DNA of 64,000 nucleotides, taken from IMG/VR virus record IMGVR_UViG_3300029705_000100, positions 8,043 through 72,042 of that record. The stretch is one strand, 5' to 3'. Positions within the stretch are counted from its first letter, which is position 1. Every line of letters begins with the position of its first letter. Shown here piece after piece: positions 41,664-53,113 of this stretch. A program made the position numbers and the translations under genes. Below the pieces are notes generated by a model. That model saw only the letters and a program-made list of their open reading frames with translations. It ran no database searches and had not been told where the DNA came from. The DNA comes from a virus (taxonomy: Duplodnaviria; Caudoviricetes).

Positions 41664-42455
41664 TCATACGGCCAAGTTGCCGACTGTTGTATCAGCAGAC
41701 AGATACCTGTCGCGTTCAGCGCCCAGTCCAAACGGCGGGAACTTCATCTTTTCGATCTCGGACAGCAGGGTGTAGCCCCATTCCCAGTCGAATCCGTGCG
41801 TAGCCTTGCCGAACAGGAGCCAGTCGCCGTCTTCCTGCATTTCGGCTTCGGTGACGAGGAAGGTATAGGCGCCGCCGCCGAAGAACTTGACCAGAATCTG
41901 CGCATCGTCGCCCTTGCCCTCCTGAGAGCCGAAAGGATGCTTTTCCAGCTTGCGGATGACTTCGGCGGTCAGCAGCTTCATGGTGCGGATGGGCTTGACA
42001 GATTCCGGATCGGCCTTCTTGGGCTGCTCCGGCTTTTTCAGATTCTTCGGCACTTCGCGCTTCTTCGCATCGGGGAAAAAGGATGCAGGGACTTGGTAGA
42101 GAATCCCGTATTCTGCGCGGCACCATTCCAGCAGCGCAAACGCCTTGGATTCCGCAATCTTCGTGGCGATTTCCAGCTGCTTGTCCGAGCGGCGGGTAAC
42201 TTCCAACAGGCAGTCCATAACGCCGCATCCGAGAATCATGGTGGTGACGCCGCTCTGCTCATTGCGTTCGATGGGCGTGGCGTGCAGATAGTAGCCGCGG
42301 GGACGCACAGCACCGGTGGCCCAGTGGCGGCTTCCCTCATTGTAGGAGATGTGCAGATCGATGCAGTTTGCGGTGCTGATGCATCCCACAGGATTGCGTG
42401 CTTCTTCCGGACTGATGGAAACGATGGGGATGAACTGCTGAATGTTCGTGGTCAT
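41664..42455 (-). CDS. Protein with C-terminal DUF2958 domain
   Basis: MKLLTAEV...VKFF...FLVTEA...LLFG...EWGYTLLSEI...ERDRY. Confidence 0.72.
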   Translation of the reverse strand: MTTNIQQFIPIVSISPEEARNPVGCISTANCIDLHISYNEGSRHWATGAVRPRGYYLHATPIERNEQSGVTTMILGCGVMDCLLEVTRRSDKQLEIATKIAESKAFALLEWCRAEYGILYQVPASFFPDAKKREVPKNLKKPEQPKKADPESVKPIRTMKLLTAEVIRKLEKHPFGSQEGKGDDAQILVKFFGGGAYTFLVTEAEMQEDGDWLLFGKATHGFDWEWGYTLLSEIEKMKFPPFGLGAERDRYLSADTTVGNLAV

Positions 42456-42551
42456 AGATACTCCTCCTATCAATTAAGAGGGATATTTGCGCGCTGAATT
42501 TTCAGATCATGCGTAAATTCCCTCTTTGTCGTGCTGATGACGGTTGTTCTG

Positions 42552-43684
42552 TCAGGCGGCGAGCGCCCAATAAGGCGGCAGACAGCCGATTCGGCGGTCA
42601 AGCTCCGCGTCTATGGCGTTGATGACTTCATGCCAGCATGTGCCGATGTTGCCGGACGCAACATTTCTGCATATGGAGTCCTGAAGCCGCTCCAGCTGAG
42701 ATGTGCTGTATGTACCGATTCGCTCCAGAATCGTTGTGCGGGATATCTTCATAGTGGTTCCTCCTGATTATCTTCGGTAACTGCCGAAGCGCCTTGCGTG
42801 CTTGCGCCTGCGCTCCCGCATGGTTAAATCGGATAGGATTGCGCAGGATGCGCCATACTCGCGGGCAAGGAACCGCGCTATGCCCTGATAGCGTTCATGG
42901 GCGTTCCTTGCACTCTGCATGTCCGGGTATCCTGTGCGCCGCAGCCACTCTCGATAGGGCAGTTCCCCGCGAAGGCCATACTGAGCCTGTTCCCATAGGG
43001 CGGACAGGTCTTTATCGTCCATTTCGCGGATCTGTGCTTTGAGAGCGGCGGCGGATACTTCAAATGCTTTACGGTCCGATTTCTCCGTGTCCTTATGCAC
43101 GGTCATGCCAGCTCTGCGATTCCGTCATGAATGCGGATTCCTGCATCGACTCCGTTGCAGGTGACGTAGTATTCACGCTCCGATACTGCCGCAAGCGTGA
43201 ACAGCCTTCCCATGTAGGTGAAGGTCAACTGTCCTTTGCGGACAGCTTCACAGGCCAGATACAGCGCGGTTGCACAGATTGCGTGCTTGATGGAAGTGGG
43301 GTAGCTCCGCATTGATTGGCGGGTGGTGTAGCTCTGCATAATGCTCCTCCTGTTCATGGTTGTGCACTTGAATATTTAGTATTACTAAACTACGAGACAA
43401 AAAAAGAGAACCTGCCGCATGGCTCATTTCTGCCATGTGCGGGTTCTGCACCAGCTGTGGACGAAACGATGCTTGCATAAGTCCGATACGGAAGTCCGGA
43501 TTACATCCCAGATGCTGCTTGCAAGCTCTCCGGTTGCCGCACAGAAGTACGGCGAAATTGCAGGATTGATGCTTTGCGCATATGCTACAACGTCCTCCCG
43601 ACTGAAGACATAGTTGATCTTGCCGGTAGCAGGGTCTCTCTGCGGCGTTTCGCTGAGCAGACTCTTTGCGGGGAATCTGTACAT
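42552..43684 (-). CDS. Four small early hypothetical genes (42552-42752, 42768-43106, 43103-43339, 43424-43684)
   Basis: Each preceded by a GGAG(G) RBS; terminator-like hairpin near 43395-43447. Confidence 0.6.
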
Positions 43685-43777
43685 GGTGACGCTCCTCTCA
43701 AAGGACAGGCGGCTCCATCACAGGGACAGAGCCGCCGCGGGGATGGTGTTGACGCTGATGGATGGTGGACATGGGTA

Positions 43778-44395
43778 TCAGGCAGCCTTGGCTTCGGTGT
43801 TGGGGGCTTCGGTGGTGGAGCCTTCGCTGGTGGCGGGGGCAGACTGAGGGTTGGTGAGAGCGGCAAGCTGGGCACGGACGGCGGCAAGTTCAGCTTCCAG
43901 ATCAGCCTTGGTCGGACCCTTAGCCTTTGCCTTGGACACAGATTCGGCGGGGTTTTTGCCGGCGTTGGAGTGTACGGGAGCGGCGGCGACTTCGGCCCAA
44001 CCACCCTTGACGAATGCACGGAAAGTTGCGATGGACTTGACCTTCTTCGCCTGCTCGCCCTTATCCTTGCCGTAGGCGGTCATCTTGACGGTGAGGGTGT
44101 TGGCAAGGTTGTCGATGGTGAGGGCGAAGCCGTAGGCAGTCATGAGCGGGGACAGGTCGGACAGGGTTTCGTCGATAGACTTGTTGCCCTCGATAAAAGC
44201 CACGTAGGACAGGTAAGCGTCGTAGGACTTCTGCTTGAACTCCTGTGCGGTCATGGGGGCAGAGGTGGCGGGGGTAGTCTTGGTGGTCTTGGCGGTGGTG
44301 TTCTTCATGGTCTTTTCCTCCTTCTGGTTCTTGGGCAGAGTGGTAGCGGGGACGGTAGCGGTAGCAACGGGGGTAGCGGTGGTGTTCTTAGACAT
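43778..44395 (-). CDS. Thr/Ala/Lys-rich protein, first gene of the leftward early operon
   Basis: GGAGG RBS, MSKNTTATPVATATVP; highly biased codon usage. Confidence 0.65.
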   Translation of the reverse strand: MSKNTTATPVATATVPATTLPKNQKEEKTMKNTTAKTTKTTPATSAPMTAQEFKQKSYDAYLSYVAFIEGNKSIDETLSDLSPLMTAYGFALTIDNLANTLTVKMTAYGKDKGEQAKKVKSIATFRAFVKGGWAEVAAAPVHSNAGKNPAESVSKAKAKGPTKADLEAELAAVRAQLAALTNPQSAPATSEGSTTEAPNTEAKAA

Positions 44396-44549
44396 GGTTC
44401 TTCCTCCTTCAAATTCGGCAGATGTATTCTGACGGGGTTCCTGTTTCGGCTCATGCCAATCGTCAGCCCACGGACTTCTACCGTGGGGACAGGTAGCCCA
44501 TGCTTCCCGTTCACATGGGCAGCCCCCCAGTGTACAGCTTGACACAGAG

Positions 44550-46300
44550 ACTGATTCCCTAATCCAGACAGAGAAGGGCTGATTCCGTCACCAATCACAG
44601 GATTTGAACGGCGTCGCATTGGCGTAATTCCCACCTACTCCCGCCGTCGGTTATCCTGCCGCATATCACAGCCCATCCAGACAGATGGGGACACCTGTTC
44701 CTTGCGACAAACCTATTGCGGGGGCATTGTGCAACCTACACCCACCGTGAGACACTCCTGTACGTCGTGCCGTGTTTTCGCTGTACACCTATGCAATTTT
44801 TTCTCCATGCCCACAATGCAAGCCTTTACTGCGGTCTCCCGCCTATCGCCGCCCATGGGATTAGGCACAGGCTATAAGGTCGCCACCCGTCAAGCCTTGC
44901 ACTTGACGCGCCGCCGTTGGTCGGCGTTACCCCGCACACTTGACCATGTGGGCAGGTGCTACATCAGCCGTAGCCGCTTGAATGGGCATCCCTCCGTTTC
45001 GTCGTCGTGGGGTTCTGTGTTCCTGCCGTCCGAGCGGTTTTGACCGCCGCCCTTCCGGCGAGACCAGTATACACCTGCATTTTTTTCGCCGCCGCCTGTT
45101 TGCCGCATGGCGGTCATGTGCGTTTTTTCGCGCTCTTAGGAAATGCGATTTTTTCGGGCAGTCGGTCGGATTGTCAAAGTGTAACAAAAACAATCTTGAA
45201 AAATTTGTGCAACATTCCGAGTTGACAAGTTTTGAAAGTGGGTGCTTCGGCCTATTAAGCGCGTGTACATGTGCGCGCAGGCGCGTTTGTTGAGAAAATC
45301 GGGATTGCGGCGGGCTGTGTGGGGCATGGGCAGGAATGGCGGGAGACGGGAGGACGGCGGGAGAATTTCGCCGCATGGAGGACGGAAAACGCCGGATTGA
45401 CAGAACGTGTGTTCGCTGTGTGGGGCATGTACGGCGGGACGGCGAACAGGGACGGCGGGAGGACGGGCAGAACGTCGGGAGGCTTGACAGGTGCAGGGAG
45501 TACAGCAAAAGGGAACATAATACCGTGTTATGTTGCCTTTTACGTCTGAAAAGCAACATAACCCAGAAAAACCCCTATGCCTGTGGCACGACATCCTGAT
45601 TCCGCAATATATAATGAAGAAAGACCGTCCTCAGCTGATCTGAGTCGGTCTTAACTTATCTGTATGAAGCTGAATGAAGATGAGAATTTGGATTTCCGTG
45701 CTGCAAGAGGCTTGCCCCTTCATTGTGCGGCTCTATTATATATAGAAGAAACTGCTCCAAAGCAAAGAATCAGATGATAAAAACATCGGGAAATCATCGG
45801 AAAACCTCGCAGGATCGAGGGGAATTATCACGATTTCGATGGTATTTTCAATAATTCCCGATGCATTTCTGTACTCAACTCCGATCGTTTTGTCCGAACG
45901 GCTATTGCGGCTATCGAGTACGCGAAATCACTCTTCCGCGTGGAAGTAACATATAGGGGAAGAGAATGCAATAGATTCTTGTTCAGCCTCGCGAAAAGGT
46001 TCCTCAGCGTGGAAGTAACATATTGGGATGCGGAGTCTGTTTGTTTCGGCATCTGAAATATATTCCATAGCCAGAAAATTCTCTGGATTATGTAAAAAAT
46101 GCTTCGAAATGTCCCTCTTAGATAGTGAGGGGTCGATGGAGAAGATAAGTCCCGAGATGAGATGAATGTGTTTTGAATCCTGATGCGTGTCGGAGAAGAG
46201 AGTCTCCGGAAGCAAATAGTAGTCTTATAATACTATATAATACAACATACACTCTCCGGGGACACCCTCTCGTAGTTATGATAAACCCCTTGGCGAGGAG
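44550..46300. promoter_or_regulatory. Divergent non-coding control region between early (-) and late (+) arms
   Basis: ~1.7 kb without credible CDS; G-rich tract 45305-45485; two ~70-bp repeat units at 45921-46027. Confidence 0.65.
45921..46027 (+). repeat. Two ~70-bp units, (C)GCGAAA-N-GAAGTAACATATWGGG
   Basis: GGAAGTAACATAT at 45942 and 46011; same motif recurs three times at 48443-48621. Confidence 0.7.
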
Positions 46301-46307
46301 GAACAGC

Positions 46308-48080
46308 GTGGTGAATAAAACAATCGATGAACGGGTATTGGAGAAAATGATCGAGCTGTATGTGTCCTATCGAGGGCGATACATACTCTGTCTGCCAACC
46401 GGAAACATCATCACACCCAAGAGAAAAGACGGTAAGTACAGCTGGCTGTCGAATGCTGTTTTGAGAAATCACCTTGAACAACAATACGCGGTGGGTGTTT
46501 TTGCAGATAATTACGGCAGCAGATTTATATGCTTTGATGTGGATAACGGGAATGCGGATACAGTTCATGCAATTATTGATGAACTCGCGGCACTTGGGTT
46601 TTCAAGAAGCGACATCCATGTGTCCTTCAGCGGTGGCAAGGGCTATCACGTTGAAGTTTTCTTTGATGAGTGCATCATTACATACCGTCTGCAGGCACTG
46701 TACAGCCATGTAATCACTGCACGAGGCCTTGACCCGCAAAAGGTGGAATTTCGCCCCATGAATACAGCGTCTATCAAACTGCCTTTATCAAGACATGCAA
46801 AGACCGGCAAAATTTGCTGGTTTGTTGATAGAGACACCCTCGTGCCCATCATGAGACAGGATTATGTTTTGAGCATTCATCAAATCAGAGCTGCCGAAGT
46901 AAAAGCGCTGATCCCCGAATGCCCTGTTATCACACCAAGAAGCCAGGAGACGAAGATCCATTCAGAAAAAGGCTGTTCATCTCCGGAAACCAGAGACCTT
47001 GGCACAACGCTTGAACAGGTGGGTACGCGGCACAACATGATGCGCAACATTGCGGTATTCAAGCGGACGCATGGGGCAAGCCGGGAGGAATGTGAAACTG
47101 CATTGCATGAATGGATTGAAGCACAGGATTCCCAGTATTACAAGTCGTCACAACGGGATATCCGCCGAGACATCGATGAGCTGATCGCCTGGGTATACTC
47201 AGAGCGTTTTGTGCTCCAGAAAGCAGCAAGCGTTGATTCGACAGTTTTGCGTACCTCCATGTTAGAAGGCTTGCTTGCGCAGAATACCCGTACTGCCAGA
47301 AGACTGTACTTTTTGTTTCTGGTCCGCTGTCGGATGCAGCAGCCCAGAATGTCGCTGAAGGATGCCGGCAAAGCTATTGGCGCCAGCGTTCCAACCGTTG
47401 TCAAGGGCATTCGTGCTCTGACGGAAGGCCAGCATATTGAGGTTGTTGAAGGTAAGAGATTAAGTCTGGGCAACGGAGTATTTACCGCCGAGTGCCGTAG
47501 CTACGTTGTTCCTCATTCTGGCGGAAACCGTGATGAGCTGTGCATAACCATTACCATGCGTGAACTCATTTTTGACTTCAATGCCTGTTATCATAAGGTT
47601 TTGCATGCATAGATCGCCCAGAATGTGCTCAAAGAAAGCCTGACTCGCTCTGAGTGGGAAGAATATCTGGAGTATCTGAGCTATGTAAATGGCGAAGTGA
47701 CAGATATGGAGACCAGCAGACGGATCGACCTGATTGCCACAAAGCAGACACTGAGTCATAAGGCCTTCGGGAAAATTGATGTATTTGACCTGGGCGACAG
47801 ATTGCTGTATCCGGCTTATGACGTTGGCTGCAAACTGCATCTGGCACATCCCAGCGCATTGGGCAGTGAATGCACGGACAAGGAATCATGGTGGATTCGT
47901 GTGAAGCGGTGTGTGCTGAAAAACGGCGTAACGTCCTATCAGGTGCTGCGTAAGAACTTCATACCGGCAGAGGACGTCAGGAGGCTGGCGCGATCGTCAA
48001 ACGATCCGCAGGCGATGGACATTTGTGACTGGATACTGTCACTCGAATCCATACAGGAGGACGATGAAAATGAGAAATGA
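46308..48080 (+). CDS. Archaeo-eukaryotic-primase-like replication protein with PriCT/HTH and C-terminal BRO-N domain; TAG at 47610
   Basis: RFICFDVD, SFSGGKGYHV (AEP); GTRHN (PriCT-like); HA*IAQNVLKESL joins in frame to FGKID...YDVG...FIPAEDVRRL (BRO-N-like). Confidence 0.75.
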
Positions 48081-48471
48081 GTCAGAGTGGGCATACCTGC
48101 CCCTGAGTGAAGAGCGCGTTGTGGCGCAGTAGCTGAAGAACCGGTGTAAACTGGATGCAGCGTATGATGCCCGACAGCAAAGTGGGACGTCTCTGGATTC
48201 ACAGGGAGGATATGGATAGGCTGAGGCTGTGTAGTGTACCTACATGGATCTGGATCGCCTGATTGCCGCATGCGATATTCCTGATGACATGATGAGTACG
48301 CTGACGTTGGTGATGGACGGCTATTCGCTTCGTGATATTGCAGAGCTGCATGAACGGGAAGTGAAAGCAGTGGAACGGGAATTCAGAAACGCTGTGTCCC
48401 TGATTGTACGCAATAACAATCAGGCATGGGTGAATACGTACACGCGAAAAAGAGCTCCAGATCAGAAGTAA
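48070..48471 (+). CDS. Sigma-like/HTH DNA-binding protein; 3 TAGs (48130, 48217, 48232)
   Basis: MRNESEWAYLPLSEERVVAQ*LKNR...AEAV*CTYMDLDRLI...MDGYSLRDIAE; one frame. Confidence 0.8.
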
Positions 48472-48621
48472 CGTTTATGGGAAAGAGCCTTTGAAAAAAG
48501 TTGAAAGCTATGCGCGAAATATACCTGTATGTCAGAAGTAACATTTATGGGGAAAGGAGTCGGCAGAAAAGCTGAAGTTCCCGCGCGAAATACTTCCGCT
48601 GGCCGGAAGTAAAGTTTAGGG
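48443..48621 (+). repeat. Three tandem ~70-bp units, CGCGAAA-N-GAAGTAA(C/A)RTTTA(T)GGG
   Basis: GAAGTAA cores at 48465, 48535, 48606. Confidence 0.75.
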
Positions 48622-48633
48622 AGGAGGATGAAC

Positions 48634-49362
48634 GTGGCAACACGTTATGGAATCACATAGCCCAATGGCGTTAGATTTACGCTTTTGTATAACGAGGATC
48701 AGAGCAAGATCGAGCTTATAGAGGAGCTGATCCTGAAATACTGGTCAAACTACTGTCTTAGGAATTGGCTCAGTGATAACCATGAGCAGCCATACTCACC
48801 GGAAATAAAGGTGAAGAGGCTGCTGGATCGCTGCGGTACACTTCTCCTGCGCGATGTGCCTCCGGACGAGAGAGACACCTTGACGAGCTACAAGGAAATG
48901 GTTGTGGGTAGCAGAGAAATCAATGTTTCAGACTGCCCGGAGGCTATTGCGGAAATGCTGGAAAGCGGCTGCGTTCAGTTGAACAGGCTGACGCCCGACG
49001 ACCGGCTGAGATATGAGCTTCTGACAGATAAGCTTGATGAACGCATCGGCGCACAGAAAAAGAAAGTTGCTCGCGCGAGACCGTCAACGCGGTTCGAGCG
49101 CTTGGAAGCAATCCGGAACGCTTTTCAAGGCTGCACGATTCATGGCTGCAGGGTGGATACGGATGGATGCTTCGAACATAATGGCGCTGTTTATCAGGTG
49201 GACAGTACGGAAGGAAAATACGCCCCGCATAAAACGCGGTATGGCGATCAGTATGACATGGACAGGATCATCGTAATCGAAGTTCCGGACGGTGGCGTAC
49301 ACTTTGCTGATCAGGACGGATATCTGATGGACGATGCGATGATCGCTGTGCTAACGAGGTGA
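48634..49362 (+). CDS. Hypothetical protein; TAG at codon 9 (48658)
   Basis: GAGGAGG RBS, GTG; ATRYGIT*PNGVRFTLL in frame with track ORF 48685. Confidence 0.8.
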
Positions 49363-49366
49363 GAGA

Positions 49367-50518
49367 ATGAATGATAAGCGCGATCTGATTCGCGAAATGT
49401 ACAGCAAGGCGATCGGCGCATCTGATCTCGATTGGTCGGAGATTGCCGAGCAGTCCGGATGCGGATAGCACCCGGATCAGCTCCGCAAGATGGGCGCGGG
49501 CATTAAGCTGGCCGCAGATAATGGAATGCTTGCTTAGTATCCGGAGGAAGAAAACAAGCTGGACAATGTACAACAGCTTCGTGATCTTCGTAATGAGATC
49601 AACGAGACCTATAGAGCAAAATCCCGCAGCGAGGCGCTGCGGGATGCTGTTGTTCATGCGGTGAAGACCATGCCGCCCATGACTGTGCTGCCTGCGGATG
49701 AGAAGTATTCCATCGGCAAGCGTACGCTGGTACTCTGCATTGCAGACTGCCACTTTGGTGCAGAGTGGACGGTGCGCGGCCTTCGCGGCGAGGTACTGAA
49801 CAGCTATACGCCCGAGGTGTTCTTTGAGCGCATGTCCATGCTACTGTTCCAGACCAGACTGATTCTGGAGAAGGAGCAGATTGGCGACGTTCAGCTCCTG
49901 ATCTGCGGCGACAGTCTGGACGGCATGCTGAGAGCCAGCCAGCTCATGAAGCTGCGCTGGGGCGTAGTTGAAAGCTGCATGCGCTTTTCGGAATATATGG
50001 CGCAGTGGATCAACGAACTGTCCAGATATGCTACTGTATCTGTCTGCGGCGTTGACGGCAATCACACCGAGACCCGCAGTCTGAACAGTAAACGCGGTGA
50101 TTTTCCCGGCGAGAATCTGGAGAAAGTAATCTTCTGGTTCCTGAATGAACGTTTGAAGGATAATGCCAATGTAATCGTCGATGGTGTGACCGAACAGCAG
50201 AAGCACTTGAGCGTTCAGGGCTGCAGCATCCTGCTGACGCACGGAACTGATGTCCGGATGATGGAAAAAGCGGCAAGACAGTCGATGCTTCTCTACAACG
50301 AGGGTATCGACTTCTTTATCTGCGGACATAAGCACCGCGAGCAGGAATGTGTTTCCGGCTATACGGATCAGGGCAACTCGGTAATCGTTCGTGTTCCCAG
50401 TATTTGTGGTATGGATGAATACGCACAACAGCTTGGATACGGCGGTCGCCCGGGGGCTATGGCGATGGTTCTGGAAGCCGGCTATGGCAGGCGTTGCGTC
50501 TATCCCATCAACTTGTAA
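49367..50518 (+). CDS. Calcineurin-like metallophosphoesterase; TAGs at 49466 and 49535
   Basis: IADCHFG, CGDSLDG, DGNH, THG, CGHKH; N-terminal DLDWSEIAE...G*HPDQLRK in frame. Confidence 0.87.
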
Positions 50519-50530
50519 CGGAGGGATAAG

Positions 50531-51451
50531 ATGGCAACTGGAACGAAGCTGAAGGGGCGAAAGATCACTTCCAAGATGTGCGTCAAGTGCGGAAAGGTGC
50601 TGCCTCTTGACAAGTTCTATGCGAACAAGGACTGGGCGGCACAGTCCTATCATGACGCATGGTGCAAGGATTGTGCATCGAAGTGCAGCATCAGCAAAGA
50701 AGGCGCACGCGAGTTCTGCTGGTACAATAATCGCCGGTGGTCTGATGCATACTGGGACATGGCCGTAAAGAAATCGGCCTACGCGCTGGCCAATGATCCT
50801 GATTATCTTGCAGCACGGGACGATGCAAAGCGCGAAGATCTGGAGAACCGTACTGCAGGCAAATACTTTTTCAGCATCATGAACCTTGGCAACGTATATC
50901 AATACTCTGCAAACATCGACACCGATGGCGCATACCGCGAATTCAATCCGGATTCAACGGCTGGCACGGTTACGCGAGACGATTCAGGGGCTTTCCTTGA
51001 TGACGGCGAGCTGATCTACAGCCGCGAATGGAACGGCATGTATACCCAGCGTGAGATTGACTATCTGGATGATTACTATGCCCGGTAGGAAGAAGGATTC
51101 GTGTTGGACAATCAGAATATCCAGGACTACGCCAGGAAATCTGCAAAGGCGTCGCTGGACGCAGATATCAAATACAGCAAGATGCGCCACGGTCAAGCAT
51201 CTGTCAACGAATGGAAAGAGGCACAGGCGATCTTCGATAACCTCTCGAAATCGGCGAACTTCGCAGCCTGTAAGCGCAAGCCCGGCGATATGGCTGGCCT
51301 TGGTTCGTTGGGCGCAATCGTTGCCAAGATCGAGATGAGCGGTGAACTGGACACGCCCATGGTGGAATTTCCTCCTGACGACATCGATAGGATCATCGCG
51401 GACTTCCGGCATACAGTCGCTGCTGTCGGACTTGAGCAGGTGGTTGTATGA
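50531..51451 (+). CDS. Zn-finger protein upstream of terminase (possible small terminase function); TAG at 51086
   Basis: CVKC...FY...WCKDC; DDYYAR*EEGFVLDNQNIQDYARK joins two track ORFs. Confidence 0.75.
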
Positions 51452-53100
51452 TATAGACGCAAATCAGAGACATTCGGGATGTGAAGTTGTGGGCAATGCA
51501 GATTCACTTCTGGAGGACACATCTGGATGTGTTCATTGAGGAATACTTCCATATCAAGCTCAAGGATACGCAGCGCGTGGTTGCCCGGCAGTTTGGCAAT
51601 GCGGATACCCTCATGGTGGTCAAGAGCCGCGGCTATGGCAAGACATGGCTGACAGCATAGTGCTGTATTGCGGTTGGAGTGCTGTATCCCGGCAGTCTAA
51701 TTGCTGTTGTCTCGGGCACCGCTGAACAGGCAACCCTGATCGTTAAGAAGATTCAGGATTACTTTGTTCGGAATCCCGAGATCATGCGTGAGATTCAGAC
51801 GGACAGTCATCGTCCTGTGCAGCTGTCCCGAAACAAGGGTATCTGTACTCTGAAGAACGGTTCGAAGATCGAGAGCTTTTCGGTCGGCACCATGCGAGGC
51901 AATCGTGCCAAAATCGTGGTGATCGACGAATCGCCTGAGGTCAAGGCAGACGACCTGGATGCGGTCATCGGTCCTGTCCGCAACACCAAGCGCGATATCT
52001 GTCATCAACGCGGGATTAAGGACTATACCAGTAAGACTATTTCGATCACGTCCGCCTGCCTGAAGAGCAACTATTTCTACGCCATGTTCATGGCAGCTTT
52101 GAAGGAGTTTTCCAAGGGCAGCACATCCAACTTCGCGTGCGCACTGGATTATCAGAGTGCGGCGCGTGTCGGAATTACAGATTTAGACTTCTTCCTGAAG
52201 GAACAGAAAAAGATGCCCGAAGCAAAGTTTGCTATGGAATATGGCAGCTGCTTCGTGGGCGCGGAATCTGGCTCTATGTTCCCATATGATCTGACGGAGA
52301 ACTGCAGAACGCTCAGACAGGTCGAGGTAGTGCAGCCGACCAGTTGCACCTCAGATTACGTCATGGGCGTTGACCTTGCAACCTCCAGCAAAAGACTGGC
52401 GGATAATGCCGTGATCACGGTCGTCAAGCTGGTCGAGATGGAAAACGGAAACTACCTCAAGAGAGTGGTCTACATGCGGTCCTATCACGGTAAACGCTTG
52501 GATGCACTGGCTGAAGAGGTGCGTCGAACCTATGCGAAGTTTCCGAGGATCATCAAGATTGTATTCGACCATCGCGGTTTGGGTGATGCGCTGCCCGAAT
52601 TCCTTTCGCAGCCATGGACAGATGACAACGGTAAGGAATATCCCCCGTGGACGCTGGACGACAGTAAGTCGTTCATACATAATGCGGTGCCGATCCTTCG
52701 CAGCGTCAAGGCCAATCCACAGATCAATCAGCAGCTTGTTTCGTGCCTACGTGTGGCATAGGAACAAGGTTCGATTGAACTGCCCGTGAATTCCAGGTAT
52801 GCGGAAACACCGCCTGATGAAGACGGTGAAGAAGAATCGGTAAAACAGAAAAAACTGACGCTGCAGGAAAAAGCGATCTTTCTGGAGGGAGATGCACTGC
52901 AGATTGAGATGGGCAATATCATCATGAAGACCGGCACAGGCGGAACGATTCTGTATGATGTGGCTCGTGCCAACCAGCACAAGGACAGATACTCAGCGCT
53001 TTCAATGGCAGTGCGCTTCATCGCTGAATTGGAAGATGAGCGAAAACGCAAAATGCTCAGGCCGAAGAATAACTTTATCGGTGTCGTGAGCAGAATCTGA
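51448..53100 (+). CDS. terL: Terminase large subunit (SPbeta-like), 550 aa; TAGs at 51454, 51658, 52759
   Basis: ATGA overlap start; Walker A SRGYGKTWLTA*CCIA; Walker B IVVIDES; GVDLA; HKDRYSAL. Confidence 0.93.
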
Positions 53101-53113
53101 TGGGAGGAATACA

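Noticed and set aside
44550-46300. ORFs of 60-210 aa in the divergent control region
   Set aside because: Low-complexity Arg/Pro/Ser-rich translations in overlapping frames without RBSs; treated as non-coding.
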